DNA of 58,853 bases from Minisyncoccia bacterium (GCA_038249055.1 JBBRWS010000008.1:1-58853), one strand, 5' to 3'. Shown: positions 9,325 to 19,939, counted from the first letter of the stretch. Numbers and translations are program-made. Notes: a model not told the origin generated them from the letters alone.

Positions 9325-10370
9325 TGGAAATATTAACAATTGTTTTTCTTGGAATACTCATTGCCCTTGTCATAGGATTATTTTTTTATCTCAAAAAAGA
9401 AACCATCGTAAAGGATGACAGCTCTGTTCAACTTCTTCTTACTCAAATAAATGAATTATCTAGGAATATAGATAGTAAACTCGGTGAATCACAAAAAGAA
9501 ATGAACCAGTCTATTCGTATGCAATCTTCAGAAACATCAAGAATAATTGCAGATATTACTGAGAAAATTACACGACTAGATGAAACCAATAAACAAGTCG
9601 TTTCATTTGCTGACCAACTTAAGAATCTACAAGATATACTTAAAAATCCAAAGCAACGTGGAGTCTTAGGAGAATACTATTTAGAAACGTTACTTAAAAA
9701 TACTATGCCTCCTGGATCCTATCAAATGCAATATCCTTTCCCCGATGGAACAATAGTAGATGCAGCAGTTTTTGTAAAAGATAAAATTATTCCTATTGAT
9801 TCAAAATTCTCACTTGAAAATTATAATAGAATCTCAGAGACAAATGACAAAACAGAAAAAGACCGTCTTGAAAAAGTTTTTGTTAATGATTTAAAAAATC
9901 GCATAGTTGAAACTGCTAAGTATATTCAACCAGAAGAAGGTACTATGGACTTTGCATTTATGTTTATTCCACACGAAGCAATTTATTATGATTTATTAAT
10001 AAATAAAATTGGAGCAATCTCAGAAGATACTGAAAATTTAATTCAACGTGCTGCAAGTAAATACAAAGTTATAATTGTTTCCCCCACTTCATTTCTGGCC
10101 TATCTTCAAACTGTTCTTCAAGGATTGAAAGCTATGCAAATAGAAGAGAGCGCAAAAGATATTGTAAAAAGAGTTGGAGAACTAGGTAATCATTTGAGAA
10201 GTTTTGAAGAAATGCACCAAAAACTTGGTAACGCCCTAACCACAACAGTAAACCATTTTAATAAATCAAATCATGAATTTAGAAAAATAGATAAAGATGT
10301 CATGCGAATCACAGGTGATACTATCAGTATCGAAACTCTAACAATAGAAAAGCCACAAGAAGAAAATTAA
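9324..10370 (+). CDS. rmuC: DNA recombination protein RmuC
   Basis: N-terminal TM and coiled coil; KQRGVLGEYYLE, IDSKF, FMFIPHE, VSPTS motifs. Confidence 0.93.
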   Translation: MEILTIVFLGILIALVIGLFFYLKKETIVKDDSSVQLLLTQINELSRNIDSKLGESQKEMNQSIRMQSSETSRIIADITEKITRLDETNKQVVSFADQLKNLQDILKNPKQRGVLGEYYLETLLKNTMPPGSYQMQYPFPDGTIVDAAVFVKDKIIPIDSKFSLENYNRISETNDKTEKDRLEKVFVNDLKNRIVETAKYIQPEEGTMDFAFMFIPHEAIYYDLLINKIGAISEDTENLIQRAASKYKVIIVSPTSFLAYLQTVLQGLKAMQIEESAKDIVKRVGELGNHLRSFEEMHQKLGNALTTTVNHFNKSNHEFRKIDKDVMRITGDTISIETLTIEKPQEEN

Positions 10371-10376
10371 TTTTCA

Positions 10377-10409
10377 ATAAAAACCCTCGACAAAATCGAG
10401 GGTTTTTAT
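10377..10409 (+). terminator. intrinsic terminator
   Basis: AAAAACCCTCGA-CAAAA-TCGAGGGTTTTT. Confidence 0.85.
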
Positions 10410-10476
10410 CTTGTAAATATATAAATTTGTGTTATTATTCGGGAAAACTTTCTTTCAAAAAATAACTAAATTTGGT

Positions 10477-11877
10477 ATGGAAAATAGTAAAGAATATCCC
10501 AAAATCAGACTAGGAGGCATGGGGATTAATATCTCCGATTGGTTTCTAGCAAGAACTATGTCAATGCTTGACCAGATAGGGACACTGTCTGGGACCGCGT
10601 TAGACATTGTAGTTGCCCGCATTTTACAAAATGGCGATACTGGTGGTCATATCAGGAGAGCCTTAGCACACTTCCCTTTTCCTCTATTTGCGGAAAAAGT
10701 ATTAGATGAGTATTTTGTAAAAGATGGAATAAAAAAAGGTTCTTCTTTTAAGCCAGTACCTTTTTTTACTATCAATCCCTCTAATCTTTTAATAGCTCTG
10801 ACAGTTTGTGCAAATTATGCATTTGTCTGGTTAGCAAAAGAGGAACACGAGAATCCGATAAGTATTAATTATCTGGAAAAAGTATCAATGCCTCACATCT
10901 ATGCTATTACAGGAGCTATGCTTGCTGGAGTAGACGAGATATCAATGGGGGCAGGAATCCCTTTGCAAATTCCCAAAGTTATCAATGATATCTTTGAAGG
11001 AAATGTTGTGAGTTATAATATTCCTGTTATAGGAAAAAATATCACAAAGTATGAAATGAATTTTGATCCAAAAAGTTTTTTTGGAGAAGATCTTCCTTCT
11101 CTTAAAAAGCCCAGATTCCTTCCAATAATTTCTTCAAACTTATTGGCAACAATGTTTACCACAAAGCTTCCGGATGAAAGTGTTTATGGTTTTGTTATCG
11201 AAGAGCCTACTGCTGGTGGGCATAATGCTCCACCTAGAAACAAAATTGACTATGGAATAAAAGATGTAGTTAATTATTCTGAAATAGCCAAACTTGGTAA
11301 ACCGTTTTGGATTGGAGGCTCTTATGCAACCCCAGAAAAACTCAAATGGGCATTATCTGTTGGCGCAAAAGGAATTCAAGCTGGATCAATCTTTGCACTC
11401 TGTGAAGAATCTAATATGGATTATTTAATCCGTAGAAAGGTTTGTAAACTTGGTTTTAATAATGAGTTACATGTTAAAACTGACATGCGGGTATCTCCAA
11501 CTGGATATCCTTTTAAAGTATCGAATGTGCCTGGAACTCTCTCCGATGACTATATATATGAGTTAAGACCTCGTATCTGTGATCAAGGATGCCTTCGCAC
11601 TCTTTATGAAAAACCAAATGGAACTGTTGGCTATAGATGCTCTGCTGAACCTGAATATTTATACACTCATAAGGGTGGAGAAATTGAAGATACATTAGGT
11701 AGGGCTTGTCTCTGTAATGGATTGTTGTCTGCCTGCGGATTAGGTGACAAAGAATTCCCAATAGTGACCCTCGGAGATGATTTTAATTTCCTTGGAAAAC
11801 TTATGAAAGATGAAAATGATTCATATTATGCAAAGAACGCTGTGGATTATCTTCTCTCTAATAAATTAGTTATTTAA
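10477..11877 (+). CDS. nitronate monooxygenase/2-nitropropane dioxygenase-like flavoprotein (start moved to MENSKEY)
   Basis: GGMGINIS, MGAGIP, EEPTAGGH, GIQAGSIF, SPTGYPF, CLCNGL. Confidence 0.85.
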   Translation: MENSKEYPKIRLGGMGINISDWFLARTMSMLDQIGTLSGTALDIVVARILQNGDTGGHIRRALAHFPFPLFAEKVLDEYFVKDGIKKGSSFKPVPFFTINPSNLLIALTVCANYAFVWLAKEEHENPISINYLEKVSMPHIYAITGAMLAGVDEISMGAGIPLQIPKVINDIFEGNVVSYNIPVIGKNITKYEMNFDPKSFFGEDLPSLKKPRFLPIISSNLLATMFTTKLPDESVYGFVIEEPTAGGHNAPPRNKIDYGIKDVVNYSEIAKLGKPFWIGGSYATPEKLKWALSVGAKGIQAGSIFALCEESNMDYLIRRKVCKLGFNNELHVKTDMRVSPTGYPFKVSNVPGTLSDDYIYELRPRICDQGCLRTLYEKPNGTVGYRCSAEPEYLYTHKGGEIEDTLGRACLCNGLLSACGLGDKEFPIVTLGDDFNFLGKLMKDENDSYYAKNAVDYLLSNKLVI

Positions 11878-11901
11878 TTTAATTTAATTAAATTCATCAA
11901 C

Positions 11902-11933
11902 AAAAAAGCCCCCGAAATTCGGAGGGCTTTTTT
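11902..11933. terminator. bidirectional terminator
   Basis: AAAAAAGCCC...GGGCTTTTTT between convergent genes. Confidence 0.85.
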
Positions 11934-11960
11934 ATTTTTAATTTAAAATTTTTGTAGCAA

Positions 11961-12362
11961 TTACCAGCGCATCATGCCATTATTATTTCCGTAGCCATTG
12001 TTGTAATTATAGTAACCATTATTATAACCACTGTTATAACTATATCCATTGTTATATCCGAAGTTGCTACCGTATCCATTATTATAATTATTGTAATAAC
12101 TATAGCCATTATTATAACCGTAATTATTTATATATCCATTATTGTAGTTATTGTAACCGTAACCACTATTACTACCATAGCCATTGTAGTTGTTATTGTA
12201 ACCATAGCCATTGTTATTACCGTATCCATTATAGTTATTATAACCGCAGGTTGTAAAACAATCATATGAACCCCCATAAGCAGATGCTTCACTTGGACTT
12301 AATAAAACACCAAAACCAATGAATAATAAAGATATTGAGAATAAAATATAAGCTTTTTTCAT
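11961..12362 (-). CDS. secreted Gly/Tyr/Asn-rich low-complexity protein
   Basis: Signal peptide ending ASA; repeated YNNGY/GYGNN units. Confidence 0.75.
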   Translation of the reverse strand: MKKAYILFSISLLFIGFGVLLSPSEASAYGGSYDCFTTCGYNNYNGYGNNNGYGYNNNYNGYGSNSGYGYNNYNNGYINNYGYNNGYSYYNNYNNGYGSNFGYNNGYSYNSGYNNGYYNYNNGYGNNNGMMRW

Positions 12363-12583
12363 CCTTTTATTATATACCTTTTAAGTACATTTGTCAATAG
12401 CTTTTTATAAATTTCATTCTCCATAAAAGATAGTATCCGTAACTTTATCTTTTACAAGCGGATTGAATATAATCTTTAATTGTTATACAATTCATCGAGA
12501 TACCCTATTTAACTAAGGGCATTTCTATAAAATATGTTTTGGTAAATAAATAAAAGTGCAAATTATTTATCATAAGTATTTTT

Positions 12584-13189
12584 ATGACAACTCAAAAAAT
12601 TATGGAGATTTTTTTTAATAATATAGTTCTTTGGCTTGAATCTTCAAAATATGTTTTGCTTTTTATTGGTACAATTTTTGAAGGCCCAGTAGTAATGATG
12701 GTAAGTGGATTTTTATATGGACTAGGTCAATTTGATTTTATACCAATGTATTTTGCTCTAGTAGCTGGAGATTTTACTGCTGATATATTGTGGTATTGTT
12801 TGGGTAGATTTGGAACACGAAAAGTATTATTCAAATACGGACATTTTTTGGGTATTACTCCGTTAGTAATATCAAAAGTAGAAAATCGCTTCAAACAATA
12901 TCACCAGAAAATTTTAATTATTTCTAAACTTACAATGGGGCTGGGCTTTGCTTTTATTGTTCTCATAGTGGCAGGAATTTTTAAAGTTCCATTTAAAAAC
13001 TATGTAATACTAAATTTAATTGGTGGTTTTATCTGGACAGCATTTATAGTCGCTATTGGATATTTTTTAGGAAATATTTATTTAATGATAACAGGACCTA
13101 TGAAAATAATATTTGCTATATTTATTATTATCGCGTTTGTGTTAGGTTTAAGATATATTAATCAATATCTAAAGAAAAAAGAAATTTAA
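12584..13189 (+). CDS. DedA/VTT family membrane protein
   Basis: IFEGP, GD..AD.LWY.LGR motifs. Confidence 0.85.
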   Translation: MTTQKIMEIFFNNIVLWLESSKYVLLFIGTIFEGPVVMMVSGFLYGLGQFDFIPMYFALVAGDFTADILWYCLGRFGTRKVLFKYGHFLGITPLVISKVENRFKQYHQKILIISKLTMGLGFAFIVLIVAGIFKVPFKNYVILNLIGGFIWTAFIVAIGYFLGNIYLMITGPMKIIFAIFIIIAFVLGLRYINQYLKKKEI

Positions 13190-13198
13190 TCAATAAAA

Positions 13199-14383
13199 AT
13201 GAAATTAAACGAGAAGCGAAAAATTAATATCGCAATGGTTTGTGACCCAATCGGAAGTAATAAATCTGGTGTTGTTGTTTCAACATTACGCTTTGCAAAA
13301 TTACTAAAAGAAAGAGGACATAACGTAATTTTTATTGGAGCCCGCTCTAAGGAAAATAAAACCCATAGTTACCACGAGGGCGTAAAAGCATATCGATTCC
13401 GAAGTATTCCTGTCCCAAAATCATCCGGATGGCATTTAGCCTTCCCTACTGTAAATGAATTAAAAAAAATATTTAAAGAAGAAAATATTGATATAGTACA
13501 TATTATTTTACCGATGTCTGGCTCAATTATGGCAATAAAAGCAGCCCGTTCTCTTGATATTAAAATTATTGCACACTCACATTCTCAACCAGAAAATTTA
13601 TTTATGGATATGCCGAAAATTATTCAACCGGCGTTATCGAACCTATGGAATTCATATCTTACCTGGACATATGACAAAGCGGAATCATTAATCTATCCAA
13701 CAGAGATGGCACGTGGTTTGCTAGATAAATTAAGCAATAAAAATAAGTTGAGTCATATCGTTAGTAATGGAATAAATACACAAGAATTTAAACCTAAACA
13801 AATTGGAAATTTTTACAAAAAATTTGGTATTCCTGAAAATACTATTAAATTACTTTTTGTCGGAAGACTATTCCCTGAAAAATCAATTGATACTATTATT
13901 AAAGCAGTACCTCATATTATAAAAGAAAATCCTAACACCCATATTATGATAGTTGGTGATGGATATTTAAAATCAAAGTTAAAAAAAATGACTCATGATA
14001 TTGGTGCAAATAAATTTGTTACTTTTTTAGGATTAATTAGTGAGGAAGATAAAATACTAGCTTATAATGCAAGTGATATATTTATACTTCCTTCACTGGC
14101 AGAACTTGAAGGTATGGTGGTACTCGAGGCAATGGCTTGCGGTAAACCTATAATTATTTCTGATTCCAAAATGAGTGCCTCTCGTTTTTTTGTAGATAAA
14201 AATGGCTTTTTGTTTAATAAAGAAAATCCAGAAGATTTAGCAAAAAAAGTTAATATATTAATAAATGATTCAAACCTACGCATAGATATGGGTAAGGTTA
14301 GTCTGGAAAAAAGTAAAGATTATGATATTCAAAAAAGTGTTGATAAACTTGAAGAAGTTTATTATTTAACGTTAAACAGATAA
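13199..14383 (+). CDS. GT4 glycosyltransferase (diacylglycerol glucosyltransferase-like)
   Basis: SGVVVS, SNGI, FVGRL..EK, ELEGMVVLEAMACGKP. Confidence 0.88.
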   Translation: MKLNEKRKINIAMVCDPIGSNKSGVVVSTLRFAKLLKERGHNVIFIGARSKENKTHSYHEGVKAYRFRSIPVPKSSGWHLAFPTVNELKKIFKEENIDIVHIILPMSGSIMAIKAARSLDIKIIAHSHSQPENLFMDMPKIIQPALSNLWNSYLTWTYDKAESLIYPTEMARGLLDKLSNKNKLSHIVSNGINTQEFKPKQIGNFYKKFGIPENTIKLLFVGRLFPEKSIDTIIKAVPHIIKENPNTHIMIVGDGYLKSKLKKMTHDIGANKFVTFLGLISEEDKILAYNASDIFILPSLAELEGMVVLEAMACGKPIIISDSKMSASRFFVDKNGFLFNKENPEDLAKKVNILINDSNLRIDMGKVSLEKSKDYDIQKSVDKLEEVYYLTLNR

Positions 14384-14433
14384 TAAATCTCGTAATAGAA
14401 TTAAAATTATTAATTTAAAATTTTACCAATAGG

Positions 14434-15261
14434 ATGGAAGAATTTATATTTAGAGAGAGTATATATTATAAGAAAAATAATTTTGATAAAGATAAGACTA
14501 CTCTTATCTTTATTCACGGAGTCTCAGGTAGTTCATCAGCATGGATTCCTTATGAAAATAAATTCAAAGAGAAATTTAATATACTTTCTGTTGATTTAAG
14601 AGGTCATGGAAAATCTATTAAACCAAAAGAATATGAATCCTACAAAATAGAATTATTTGCCGAAGATATCCATAATTTATTAGAGTACTTAAATATAAAA
14701 AAAATTATTATAATTAGTCACTCCTTTGGTAGTCTTGTAACGCTAGCTTTTGCTGACAAATACCAAGACATGATAAGTGGTATTATATTTTTAAGCCCTC
14801 AATATAAGGTTGAGGATATGATTTCTGCAAAAATTATAAAACCATTTGTTTATGGAATTGTAAGCTTGTTACCTATTCCTAAATCAATAAAAGCGGGCAA
14901 ACATATTGATTATTCAAAATATTTAAATAGTGGTGACTGGAATATACCTAGAATGTACGCCGATATAAAAAATACTAGTCTTACAACGTATCTTTACTGC
15001 ACAAAACAAACATATTTTTTTGACGGACAAAAAATATTAGAAAAAATAATAGTTCCTACACTTATAATACACGGCAAAAATGACACTGTTTTCCCCGTAA
15101 AATATGCGATGGAAATAAACAGCATGGTAACTGGTTCAGAAATAGTTATTATTGAAAATACAAATCATATTTTAGTATTAAATAATTTTAATGAAGTATC
15201 TACTTTAATAGAAAAATTTATTAAAAAAATAGACAATAATTTATTGGACAAAATTAATTAA
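14434..15261 (+). CDS. alpha/beta hydrolase
   Basis: FIHG, DLRGHG, SHSFG nucleophile, HGKND, NH triad. Confidence 0.9.
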   Translation: MEEFIFRESIYYKKNNFDKDKTTLIFIHGVSGSSSAWIPYENKFKEKFNILSVDLRGHGKSIKPKEYESYKIELFAEDIHNLLEYLNIKKIIIISHSFGSLVTLAFADKYQDMISGIIFLSPQYKVEDMISAKIIKPFVYGIVSLLPIPKSIKAGKHIDYSKYLNSGDWNIPRMYADIKNTSLTTYLYCTKQTYFFDGQKILEKIIVPTLIIHGKNDTVFPVKYAMEINSMVTGSEIVIIENTNHILVLNNFNEVSTLIEKFIKKIDNNLLDKIN

Positions 15262-15299
15262 TAATTATATATTTATATAATTATTAATACTTACCATAC

Positions 15300-15944
15300 A
15301 TGAAGAAAAAAATATCCGAATATAAAAATCTTTTTATATATAAACAATTTTTGAGCTCATTGGGAGTGTCTATTGTTTTCTTTATAATAAGTATTATTAT
15401 AAATTTTTATGCTGGGACATACGCAACAGAAAATGCGAGTAATTCAGTGACAGATATTATACTTTCAAATATAAGAGTATATGACGTAGATAATTTCTTT
15501 ATATATGGATCATTTATATTTGCATTATTTTCTACTTTTATTTGTCTATATAAGCCAGAAAGAATTCCTTTTATAATAAAAAGTGTAGCTTTGTTTATTA
15601 TAGTAAGATCAATATTTATTACTTTAACACATTTAGGACCATTCCCATCACAGTTAGTTATTGATTCCAATCTTCTTAATAAAACATCATTTGGGGCTGA
15701 TTTATTTTTCTCAGGTCATACTGGTATGCCATTTCTTTTGGCATTAATATTTTGGCATGATAAACAAATTAGATATATATTCTTGGTTTTTTCCTTAATG
15801 TTTGCTACTGTCGTTCTTTTGGGACATCTTCATTATTCAATTGATGTATTAGCTGCTTTTTTCATTACTTATACTATTTTTCATATAGCACTATATTTAT
15901 TTAAAAAAGATAGAAATATGTTTCATCATTTTGAAAATATATAA
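15300..15944 (+). CDS. PAP2-superfamily sphingomyelin/IPC-synthase-like membrane phosphotransferase
   Basis: GADLFFSGHT and HLHYSIDV motifs, about 6 TM. Confidence 0.8.
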   Translation: MKKKISEYKNLFIYKQFLSSLGVSIVFFIISIIINFYAGTYATENASNSVTDIILSNIRVYDVDNFFIYGSFIFALFSTFICLYKPERIPFIIKSVALFIIVRSIFITLTHLGPFPSQLVIDSNLLNKTSFGADLFFSGHTGMPFLLALIFWHDKQIRYIFLVFSLMFATVVLLGHLHYSIDVLAAFFITYTIFHIALYLFKKDRNMFHHFENI

Positions 15945-15955
15945 AACTTTGTTAA

Positions 15956-16573
15956 TTAATTTAGGAGTTTAATAAGCACTGGATAAATACGATCAGCAAT
16001 TATTTTATAACCAATATCATTGGGGTGTATTTGATCTGACATATATTTATCATTTCCAAAAAGTCCATCTAATACATCAGATACAAAAGATGTATGATAA
16101 ACATCTCTTAGATTTTTAAATTCCTTACCAAAACGATCATTAAAAAGGGCTCCTCTTACTCCAAGTAAAATAACGACTGCTCCTCGTGATTGGATATTTT
16201 CAATTAGAGCTGCCAAATTTTTATGAGTCTCAACTATAGGTATCTTCCTCAAGCTATCATTTCCACCCAAAAGCAGAAGTACTATTTTAGGATTATATTT
16301 ATCAAGTTGATTTATGCGAGCAATTCCATCTGCTGTTGTATCTCCAGAACGGCCCAAATTTATAATGGGCTTACCGATTTTAAGAGAAAGTAATGACACA
16401 AAATCATTCCCTTTCGTTGAACCATATCCTTCAACAAGCGAATCTCCAAAGGCAATAATATCGGTACCATTTGATGGATAATTAGTTATTGGTTTTGAGT
16501 GAAATATTAAATAAAAACTAAAAGCAATTAAAACTACTAAAATAATCCCGATAATTATGTGGCTACGTTTCAT
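15956..16573 (-). CDS. membrane-anchored SGNH/GDSL arylesterase (TesA-like)
   Basis: FGDSL, GRSGDTT, LGGND, DQIHPN. Confidence 0.92.
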   Translation of the reverse strand: MKRSHIIIGIILVVLIAFSFYLIFHSKPITNYPSNGTDIIAFGDSLVEGYGSTKGNDFVSLLSLKIGKPIINLGRSGDTTADGIARINQLDKYNPKIVLLLLGGNDSLRKIPIVETHKNLAALIENIQSRGAVVILLGVRGALFNDRFGKEFKNLRDVYHTSFVSDVLDGLFGNDKYMSDQIHPNDIGYKIIADRIYPVLIKLLN

Positions 16574-16594
16574 AACACTATTATATCAAAAAAT

Positions 16595-16642
16595 GTTCTT
16601 TGTTTACATATTATAATTTGTTATAATATGTAAACAAAGAAC
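16595..16642. promoter_or_regulatory. perfect 22-bp inverted repeat with TATAAT on both strands in a divergent promoter region
   Basis: GTTCTTTGTTTACATATTATAA-TTTG-TTATAATATGTAAACAAAGAAC. Confidence 0.7.
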
Positions 16643-16685
16643 TAGAGGCACAAGATGTCCGTAATCAATTTTGGTTCGGATTTTT
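16641..16685 (+). promoter_or_regulatory. conserved leader hairpin motif, copy 1
   Basis: 36/45 identical to 19940..19984; follows TGTTATAAT. Confidence 0.6.
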
Positions 16686-16834
16686 ACTGTCGGTATTTTA
16701 AAAAAGTACGATTATTTGTATAAATTCTAACCAAAACAGAAATAAATAACTAGAACAAAAATCTCTCGCGGAAGAATTCTATTACACTACTAAAAAAAAT
16801 AAAGATATATTTAACAGGATGTTTTATAAAAAAT

Positions 16835-17476
16835 ATGAATGATAAAATAATTAAAATTTTAGCTCTTACTATTGGATTTTATGGAATAATAGTAATGATC
16901 GGTTGGATTTTTGATATTGATTCATTGACTAGAATTATCCCCCTAGGAATAAATATGTCCTTCCCTACCGCTTTAATGTTTTTCTTAAGTGCAATAGATA
17001 TTTATTTTATATATCAAACTATAAAAAAAGATTCAGAATTATTTCATTTAATTATTTCGGGTATAGCACTTATAATATTTCTAATCAATATTACTATCTT
17101 AATGGGTGTTTTTTTGAATATTCAAACTGGAATGGAAAACTTATTTATACAAAGCCAGCAATATGAATCTATAAATACTACAATAGCCCGAGCACCTTCT
17201 ATTTCTACTATGATTTGTTTTATTTTACTTGGATTAATCAACCTCTTAGCTTTATTTTCTAATTCCAAAAATTTAAAAAAAATTAAATTTTTAGGATATT
17301 GTATTTTTATAATTAGTTTAGTTGCCATAATAGGCTATGTGATTAAAATTCCTTTTCTTTATTATAAATTTAGTGATTCTACAATACCTATGGCTCTAAA
17401 TACCGCGATGGCCCTTACCCTGCTAAGTTATGTTTTAATTACTATTAGTAAATTAGAAATAAAAAATGAAACTTAA
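16835..17476 (+). CDS. 6-TM membrane protein resembling the membrane sensor modules of HK/GGDEF proteins
   Basis: Two internal repeats (MSFPTA / MALNTA); overlaps the kinase start. Confidence 0.65.
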   Translation: MNDKIIKILALTIGFYGIIVMIGWIFDIDSLTRIIPLGINMSFPTALMFFLSAIDIYFIYQTIKKDSELFHLIISGIALIIFLINITILMGVFLNIQTGMENLFIQSQQYESINTTIARAPSISTMICFILLGLINLLALFSNSKNLKKIKFLGYCIFIISLVAIIGYVIKIPFLYYKFSDSTIPMALNTAMALTLLSYVLITISKLEIKNET

Positions 17477-19121
17477 TACAAAATTTATTTTCTTTGTTTT
17501 AGAAATTGCACTTATTCCATTGGTATTTGCTAGTTTTATTTTTTTCTCAAATTACAAAATACAACTGGAACAAAATACCTTAAAAGGACTTGATTCAATT
17601 GCTCAAATCCAAAAAAATCGTATTGAAGATCACCTAAAAAATGATAAAACATTAATAGAATTATTTTCTAATAAGTCTGAATTACTTTCTTATATACAAC
17701 AATTCAATACAAAACCAACTCTTTTGCTTCAAAAAAACATTGATAATATTTTAAAAGAAGCAAATGATGGCTCAGAAAATATAAAAAAAATATTAATAAC
17801 AAATACCAAAGGAACAGTAATATCTTCAACAGACTCTTCTACTTTGGGAATAAATATTTCTTCTGAAGATTATTTCAATAAAAGTTTAAAAAATAAAAAT
17901 TATTCTTTTTTAAATAAAGACGAAAATGATACTATATTCCATTATTTAACCGATTTATTGATTTTAAACGGAGAAACATTAGGAATAATTATTTTAGCTA
18001 CTGATTCTGGTGATATAATTAATTTAGTAAATGACTACACAGGACTTGGAGAAACAGGAGAAACCTTACTAGGTAAAAATGACGGGAATGGAAATGCTCT
18101 GTATTTAGCCCCTATTCGTTTCAACAAAAATGCAGGGCTTAATCAAATTGTATCAAAAGAAAGAACTGATATAGCTATTACACATGCTATAAATGGCGAA
18201 GAGAATTTTTTTAACAACCTAGTAGATTATAGAGGCATATCAGTATTTGCAGCGACTCGTTATATAGAATCTGTTGATTGGGGAATTGTAGTAAAAATTG
18301 ACAAAAAAGAAGCTCTAGCTCCAACCCAAAAGATGCAAGAATTATTTATATTGTTTATTATATGTATTATTATACTAATAATTTTTCTTACAATTCCAAT
18401 TGCTCGTTCTATTTTAATTAAAGAAAAAGAATTAGATAAAAGAAAAAATGAATTTATTTCATTTGCCTCTCATCAATTAAAAACTCCAATTACTGCTATA
18501 TCATGGAAGTTGGAAATGCTCTTAAAAGATAATAATATAATAGCTAACATAAAACAAAAAGAATCCATAGAAAAAATTTATGAAATTACTAGAGGAATGA
18601 TGGCACTAGTTACAGAATTTTTGGAAATTACAAAAATAGAATCAGATAAATTTAATACTGAGAAAGGATATGTAGATTTACTAAAAATCTCGGATTTGGT
18701 TTTAGAAGAATTAGCAATTGAAATCTCTGATAAAAAAATAAATATCATTAAAAAATATGGAGACAATGTTCCAACTCTTAATATAGGAAGAGAACCTGCT
18801 AAAATTATCTTCCAAAATTTAATTAGCAATGCGGTAAAATATACTCCTCAAAATGGAACAATCGAAATAACAATCAAAAAAAATAATAAAGTTACTTCTA
18901 TTTCTGTAAAAGATAGTGGATACGGGATACCAGAAAAAGACAAAAGTCGTATTTTCACAAAATTATTTCGTTCTGATAACATAAAAACAAAAGAACCATC
19001 TGGTACAGGACTTGGTCTTTACCTTCTAAAATCAATAGTTGAGAAACTAAACGGTAAAATCTGGTTTGAGTCGAAAGAAGGGATTGGGTCAACTTTTTAT
19101 GTAAACTTAAATAATGAATAG
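17466..19121 (+). CDS. sensor histidine kinase with Cache-type extracellular domain
   Basis: ASHQLKTP H-box, NLISNAVKY, DSGYGI, GTGLGL; DYRG...WGIVVKID Cache segment. Confidence 0.92.
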   Translation: MKLNTKFIFFVLEIALIPLVFASFIFFSNYKIQLEQNTLKGLDSIAQIQKNRIEDHLKNDKTLIELFSNKSELLSYIQQFNTKPTLLLQKNIDNILKEANDGSENIKKILITNTKGTVISSTDSSTLGINISSEDYFNKSLKNKNYSFLNKDENDTIFHYLTDLLILNGETLGIIILATDSGDIINLVNDYTGLGETGETLLGKNDGNGNALYLAPIRFNKNAGLNQIVSKERTDIAITHAINGEENFFNNLVDYRGISVFAATRYIESVDWGIVVKIDKKEALAPTQKMQELFILFIICIIILIIFLTIPIARSILIKEKELDKRKNEFISFASHQLKTPITAISWKLEMLLKDNNIIANIKQKESIEKIYEITRGMMALVTEFLEITKIESDKFNTEKGYVDLLKISDLVLEELAIEISDKKINIIKKYGDNVPTLNIGREPAKIIFQNLISNAVKYTPQNGTIEITIKKNNKVTSISVKDSGYGIPEKDKSRIFTKLFRSDNIKTKEPSGTGLGLYLLKSIVEKLNGKIWFESKEGIGSTFYVNLNNE

Positions 19122-19167
19122 CTACCTTTTAAAATAAAAATTTAATAATATTCAAATAATCCAGTCA

Positions 19168-19848
19168 TTAATAATTATTTTCTATTTCAAATAAAATAAT
19201 TTCTAAAACTTCTTTATTCGAAAGAATTTTATGATGACCATATTCTTTAATTTGAATATTTTTAGCACCTTCTAAGTATGAGCTAGTCTCAGGCCAAACA
19301 TGATTATCAAATGTACCAAATATTGAAATAATCTTTTTATTAACCTCTTTTTCTTTGGATAATTTTTTTATAATTTCACTTTGAGGAGAAAGTTCTTTTA
19401 AATTTTTATGTGGTAAATATTTTATTATACCACTTCCCCCGAATGGAGTTGCTATGGTTATAACTTTCTTTACCTTCTTGTCCTTATTAAAAGAAACTAA
19501 TATATCCTTTGCGATTATTCCTCCTTTACTATGAGCTATAATAATTATATTTTCTAACTTTTTATCATTTATCAATTCATTTACTAAATTAGCTGCTTTG
19601 TGTATTTCATCAGTATTATATCCTAAATTTTCGAGAACATATATAGGATGACCAAGTAAAGACAGCGGATCTGCAATCTCTTTCATAAAATACCACTTTT
19701 CAAATAATCCGGGAATAAGAATGATTGGATTTTTATTTTCTAAGATATATCCTAAATAATGAGATGGTGGCTTTGTATATAAAAAAGAAAAACCTTGCCT
19801 GTGAAAAGCATAAAAATAATCTCTAATCCAATGGTGTAAATTTTCCAT
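19168..19848 (-). CDS. alpha/beta hydrolase, small lipase-like
   Basis: ILIPGL, AHSKGG, IATPFGG, D and GHH triad. Confidence 0.85.
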   Translation of the reverse strand: MENLHHWIRDYFYAFHRQGFSFLYTKPPSHYLGYILENKNPIILIPGLFEKWYFMKEIADPLSLLGHPIYVLENLGYNTDEIHKAANLVNELINDKKLENIIIIAHSKGGIIAKDILVSFNKDKKVKKVITIATPFGGSGIIKYLPHKNLKELSPQSEIIKKLSKEKEVNKKIISIFGTFDNHVWPETSSYLEGAKNIQIKEYGHHKILSNKEVLEIILFEIENNY

Positions 19849-19939
19849 AGTTTAATAAGTTTATTATATCAAAATTGAATTATTATAAAAATATAGCTAT
19901 TGTTACCCTTAAAAAAATGATATAATTAAAATACAAAAA

